Of a stretch of DNA of 64,000 nucleotides, positions 62,701 to 64,000 are shown in pieces. Numbering within the stretch: position 1 is the first letter of the stretch; every line of letters begins with the position of its first letter. The position numbers were made by a program, and so were the translations under genes. A model generated the notes under the pieces. It searched no databases. It was not told where the DNA came from and was given only the letters and a program-made list of their open reading frames with translations. The stretch is taken from positions 45,935 through 109,934 of the IMG/VR virus record IMGVR_UViG_3300030330_002183. One strand, given 5' to 3'. Origin of the DNA: a virus (taxonomy: Duplodnaviria > Caudoviricetes).

Positions 62701-63999
62701 ATCTGCTTGAGCACTATTAAAAGGATAGTTAGGAATATAACCTATATTTGCTGTACTATCTGCAGCATTTTGTCCGGCAGGAAGATTATACTGCCTCATG
62801 TTCCTAGATAAACCTTTTGCTATAATAGATTTATTACCCTCTCTTGATCCTACAAGTATTTCATAACCTACAATTCCTGGGATAGGTGGTCCTGTTGGTG
62901 TACCATTATCTGGAGAACATATTTGCCCAAAACTTTCACTATACCTTGGCATTCTAATACCATCAAACTTAACACCAAGTATATTTATTGATTGTCCATT
63001 ATTAGAAGATCTATCTAAAAATCCTCCTGGTCCAGAACCATTAAATGTTTCATCTGGAAATTTATGATGTCTTATAGGTTTACCACATAAATCATATCTA
63101 TCATCACCTATATCTGAATTATATCTAACAGGATCATTTGGATACCTTTCTGTTGATTGCCAATAAGCCATATGACCTTCTGCAATTACAGTACCACAGT
63201 CATCTGTTATTGGACCTTCTGTTAAATTACTTGGATTTTGCCAAAATTGATCTGTTTGATTTTGTGCAGTATTATATATTTCAAATGCATAATCACTATC
63301 ATTAGTATCACAAAGTCCTAATGCTGATGCTTGTGCTGATAAGTTATTTACATCACCTGTTAATTGATCTAATTCACTAATAATAGTTCCATCTGGAGCT
63401 TGCCAACCATTCCATGAAAGCGGTCTACCTGGTATATGATATGATCTAGATTTTTCACCTGTATTATAAACAAATCTAATAAAGAATGAATAAACCTCAT
63501 CTCTCATAAATGTAGGTTTGTTACCACCTTTTTTATAATAATCAGAATCAAATTGTGTAACTGTCCAATGCGTATGTATTCTATTTGCTATTGGTTGATA
63601 ATTAAAATCATATCTTTCTGTTGGCCCTTGTCTAATTAAATAATCATTAACCACATACATTTTATCTGACTTTTCAAAAGCAGGTGTAGTTAATGGTAAT
63701 GTATTAATAGGAACAGCTTTTAATGCTTGATTTATATAATCAATACTAATAGTAGATTGTTCTGTACTATATATACCTATTTCTTTAGCTTGTATCTCTC
63801 CTTGATTATGACTAAGAATTACAAGTTTAAAATATTCAAATCCTTTATCTAAGTTTGATATTTCTATTTCTAATCCAGATAACAAATCTTCATGATCAAA
63901 CAATGGTTGAAGATTTGACATACCATAGTAATCACCAACAACTTGATCATTAATTGTGTAAGCAATAAATGCTTGGTATGTTCCATTTCTTAATTGCCC
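56770..63999 (-). CDS. crAss-like tail stabilization/muzzle (P22 gp10-like) protein with two inserted vWA domains; 5'-truncated by window end
   Basis: Frame stays open past 63921 to the window edge (GQLRNGTYQAFIAY...). Motifs FMRDEVYSF..RF, PIRHHKFPD, FHSPE, GGDCYI, SWTVSYDP...WISFHDW; MIDAS motifs DIVFAIDSSNS and DIVIGVDNSGS...IITDG. Confidence 0.8.
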   Translation of the reverse strand, partial: GQLRNGTYQAFIAYTINDQVVGDYYGMSNLQPLFDHEDLLSGLEIEISNLDKGFEYFKLVILSHNQGEIQAKEIGIYSTEQSTISIDYINQALKAVPINTLPLTTPAFEKSDKMYVVNDYLIRQGPTERYDFNYQPIANRIHTHWTVTQFDSDYYKKGGNKPTFMRDEVYSFFIRFVYNTGEKSRSYHIPGRPLSWNGWQAPDGTIISELDQLTGDVNNLSAQASALGLCDTNDSDYAFEIYNTAQNQTDQFWQNPSNLTEGPITDDCGTVIAEGHMAYWQSTERYPNDPVRYNSDIGDDRYDLCGKPIRHHKFPDETFNGSGPGGFLDRSSNNGQSINILGVKFDGIRMPRYSESFGQICSPDNGTPTGPPIPGIVGYEILVGSREGNKSIIAKGLSRNMRQYNLPAGQNAADSTANIGYIPNYPFNSAQADPYLSGDPGFSFGQSDPIVGPQNITQYPQANTAANVFTFHSPETSFNKPFLSPFEIKTYGLTTGRSIGRFRPSENHPQHKLLRNLAMWVGIIVGVGYAIGEMRGRKITKTRRPQGYSMGLQQTRRSGGSVTNTINGPNGGGGGAVGTGAWSITTVTSNINTNQGGNAAGAPAVQGQGGLALTNPDTIINTNEAGQQVPAIGPNDLRNTALTTATIIGAPKLAKQIVYDNTMRVQDGTKTNTLGRGYIGRMQEESYEGRRFSEAPTLAQVLFGIFNFMQLTAEGGQHIIDMIYELVSLQDYAWKYSGHGLYLNTNAPLAGQVSRMLVDKGRYIGPSIQNLTANIRINNLQRPSTVAVSAIAPAGAAGFATPSQVQDDSRFIIGSFNGWWNPTQWRSSPIAAHYTALKVAFKNQYGQLDQIKQIPIGCIHYFEQESVQKDGSGNYYDDISENGIPIEDARFQTKILYGGDCYINRYTEKVIMPFFWDFLDGQPDMFPYDYRLRANVPRPIYWMNTAKYDLSELVRYVVNLGFLQGGNQGLTGISPNALHFLDRPNNDLANDTVGGAGNNAGGVGGGSNAGGPSGGNPNNPNNPGFINAGNDGITQDKGGRSIFHIKNGYMYTHCNGVQDFFVESSLNMGLRDYEDTDDKRHYDFAEYTDVESMFHSKIIRKDNFYKYDFSLSKTRFNTQLISFGQIQDRDYDPITAEKCFTHFPKRLIYSLQAQKEAKKDFWRVFLPMNYKDFKNKVNVIKPMSKSGAVVTFPNLAPALFQGVDQLQTDLGTKLTIGDGGLFSQPMQNIVNADEAHEYGSCESSRSVINTPNGLYYISQAQGKIFNYAGRGLENIANNGMKQWFNKYLPSVLLSQFPELEDCSGWIDNPVAGVGCQSVYDPNYDIVYFCKKDYQALNPECIDFDPCEGFVFNQTACGTAQAVPCCPDGYTFDASSNECIRTTIIEPIVDQELGNVDIVFAIDSSNSVDGNNNVGNMQNFLRGFIDGMSPELSSGQARIGLCHFGAGRNTRDPLYNGQQNLCNNPNTADEMFEGANQVTLTDNQAVLENWIGSPSGATAPFTPDYTSVYGASSRNIVGIGRDFPYGTDIAAGVWCGQNLLYMDGFSRNVKKILITIFDGPQGTDLQTNGQPAMCSPGQYTSAIYTSGAVTGTDVYQNNTVTPTTPDITFGREPLNTFSAAGDLATTWFQNNIVSNAQYTAAPFNQDFYAVVLPPGAAGDFVSYSQLWSSTPGFAYQGDFAVQQDIIDIVDAITAAITPDPVFSCPPGCTLFTDSNGDPMCSCVETTPVTYNDVTTPIDLHDETYFKDVSWTVSYDPKAKAWISFHDWHPDLTIPSLNHFFTTKNFVDTTIPECPPGFTWDPVQQICCQQYPGEFPSEIIVDEVPVITNLETVGCKLDIVIGVDNSGSMGPAMNDLWDDAMTFIDTFVGEFGQSMADGDVQIGIVGWGNQMLNVTPNMSGGLSTNNLVGTQCNLNAGNSSPSMSNYTGSTNWGTMLSNNLLANSISPNGGGTFLQTAFNTVQAQLSNVRQSTLGDRTDEQSYKRISIIITDGAPSAGQAPTNNQGAPFAPNMNSNYPSLNFGYAPNAAESSGQLTIASETYCIYTANTPPANNINAVFNDLTTPAFQQIPLLPANNRDFAEALANNICSITVCSCPPDYQRITTEFSSPASPPYALLDNDADCSEGGGIKNGVCRKIECTCPTDRLPNTYVPNTLTQTGQCPDDIMPNGIALYYNPDTGVGDPTWLNVNPPICRFEFLCCLEPNFEKGGVWKHNDRCDLYTNYYEKDYGWEVELIESVGQTVNTVRSIEYQLESYIYRGNLEGDCGDRFHDLDYNFDHAILHNTEQVSGLLTFNLSPKNNAPLITQFPQITANDIQILYSKEEQKYRFNQFWDVTADRGEFNPNVSEPIFITQLNGYIRDLNQNNINLAKPSFQRKKFRHYWNAVVLRKNESGNRKMLLKLKNSKINVSFR

Positions 64000-64000
64000 T

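Noticed and set aside
1529-62714. Short ORFs antisense to or nested in long genes (e.g. 1529..1837, 2181..2363, 8517..8777, 8910..9251, 14343..14612, 26798..27049, 33125..33409, 47041..47349, 62015..62359)
   Set aside because: Shadow frames of well-supported genes, with S/F/L/I-biased composition and no motifs.
63919-63921. ATG at 63921 as the true start of the tail protein
   Set aside because: The frame is open to the window edge and encodes a plausible conserved G.L..G.YQ..IAY motif, so the gene starts outside the window.
1-64000. Stop-codon reassignment (TAG or TGA), known in some crAss-like phages
   Set aside because: Very long ORFs are intact under the standard code, coding density is near complete, and TAG and TGA both end genes at sensible positions (e.g. 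6789, 3247).
1-64000. tRNA, rRNA, integrase or transposase
   Set aside because: Intergenic gaps are short and AT-rich with no cloverleaf or T-loop signature seen, and no recombinase motifs found; a tRNAscan/Infernal run would be needed to exclude them formally.

Overview
An AT-rich, gene-dense 64-kb segment of a large Bacteroidota (probably Flavobacteria) podophage of the crAss-like/Cellulophaga phi14:2-type assemblage, read in the standard genetic code. 1-6.8 kb (+): replication and nucleotide-metabolism block (family B DNA polymerase, DUF932-like protein, hotdog thioesterase, uracil-DNA glycosylase, SplB-like radical SAM, DUF1599-like protein). 6.9-16 kb (-): small late/accessory genes (3TM holin, CDGSH Fe-S protein, small basic proteins) and a host-envelope cassette (exported Trx-fold protein, T9SS-CTD repeat protein, outer-membrane beta-barrel). 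16.1-18.2 kb (+): class II ribonucleotide reductase. 18.2-64 kb (-): SET protein, then giant virion/cargo genes, including a 1877-aa PD-(D/E)xK-containing protein, a 5033-aa virion RNA polymerase (DFDID), three modular proteins (1803, 819, 1972 aa) and a 5'-truncated tail stabilization/muzzle protein with two inserted vWA domains. Most notable signal: a recurring peptide motif, [K/R]-x-G-G-x-L-P-K-[A/Y]-Q-x-G, that falls at the boundaries between unrelated modules in the 1972/819/1803-aa proteins and recurs in small basic proteins. It suggests Gly-Gly-punctuated virion polyproteins, one of which carries a permuted papain-like (PPPDE-like) peptidase. All family assignments come from motif recognition by eye; no database searches were run.
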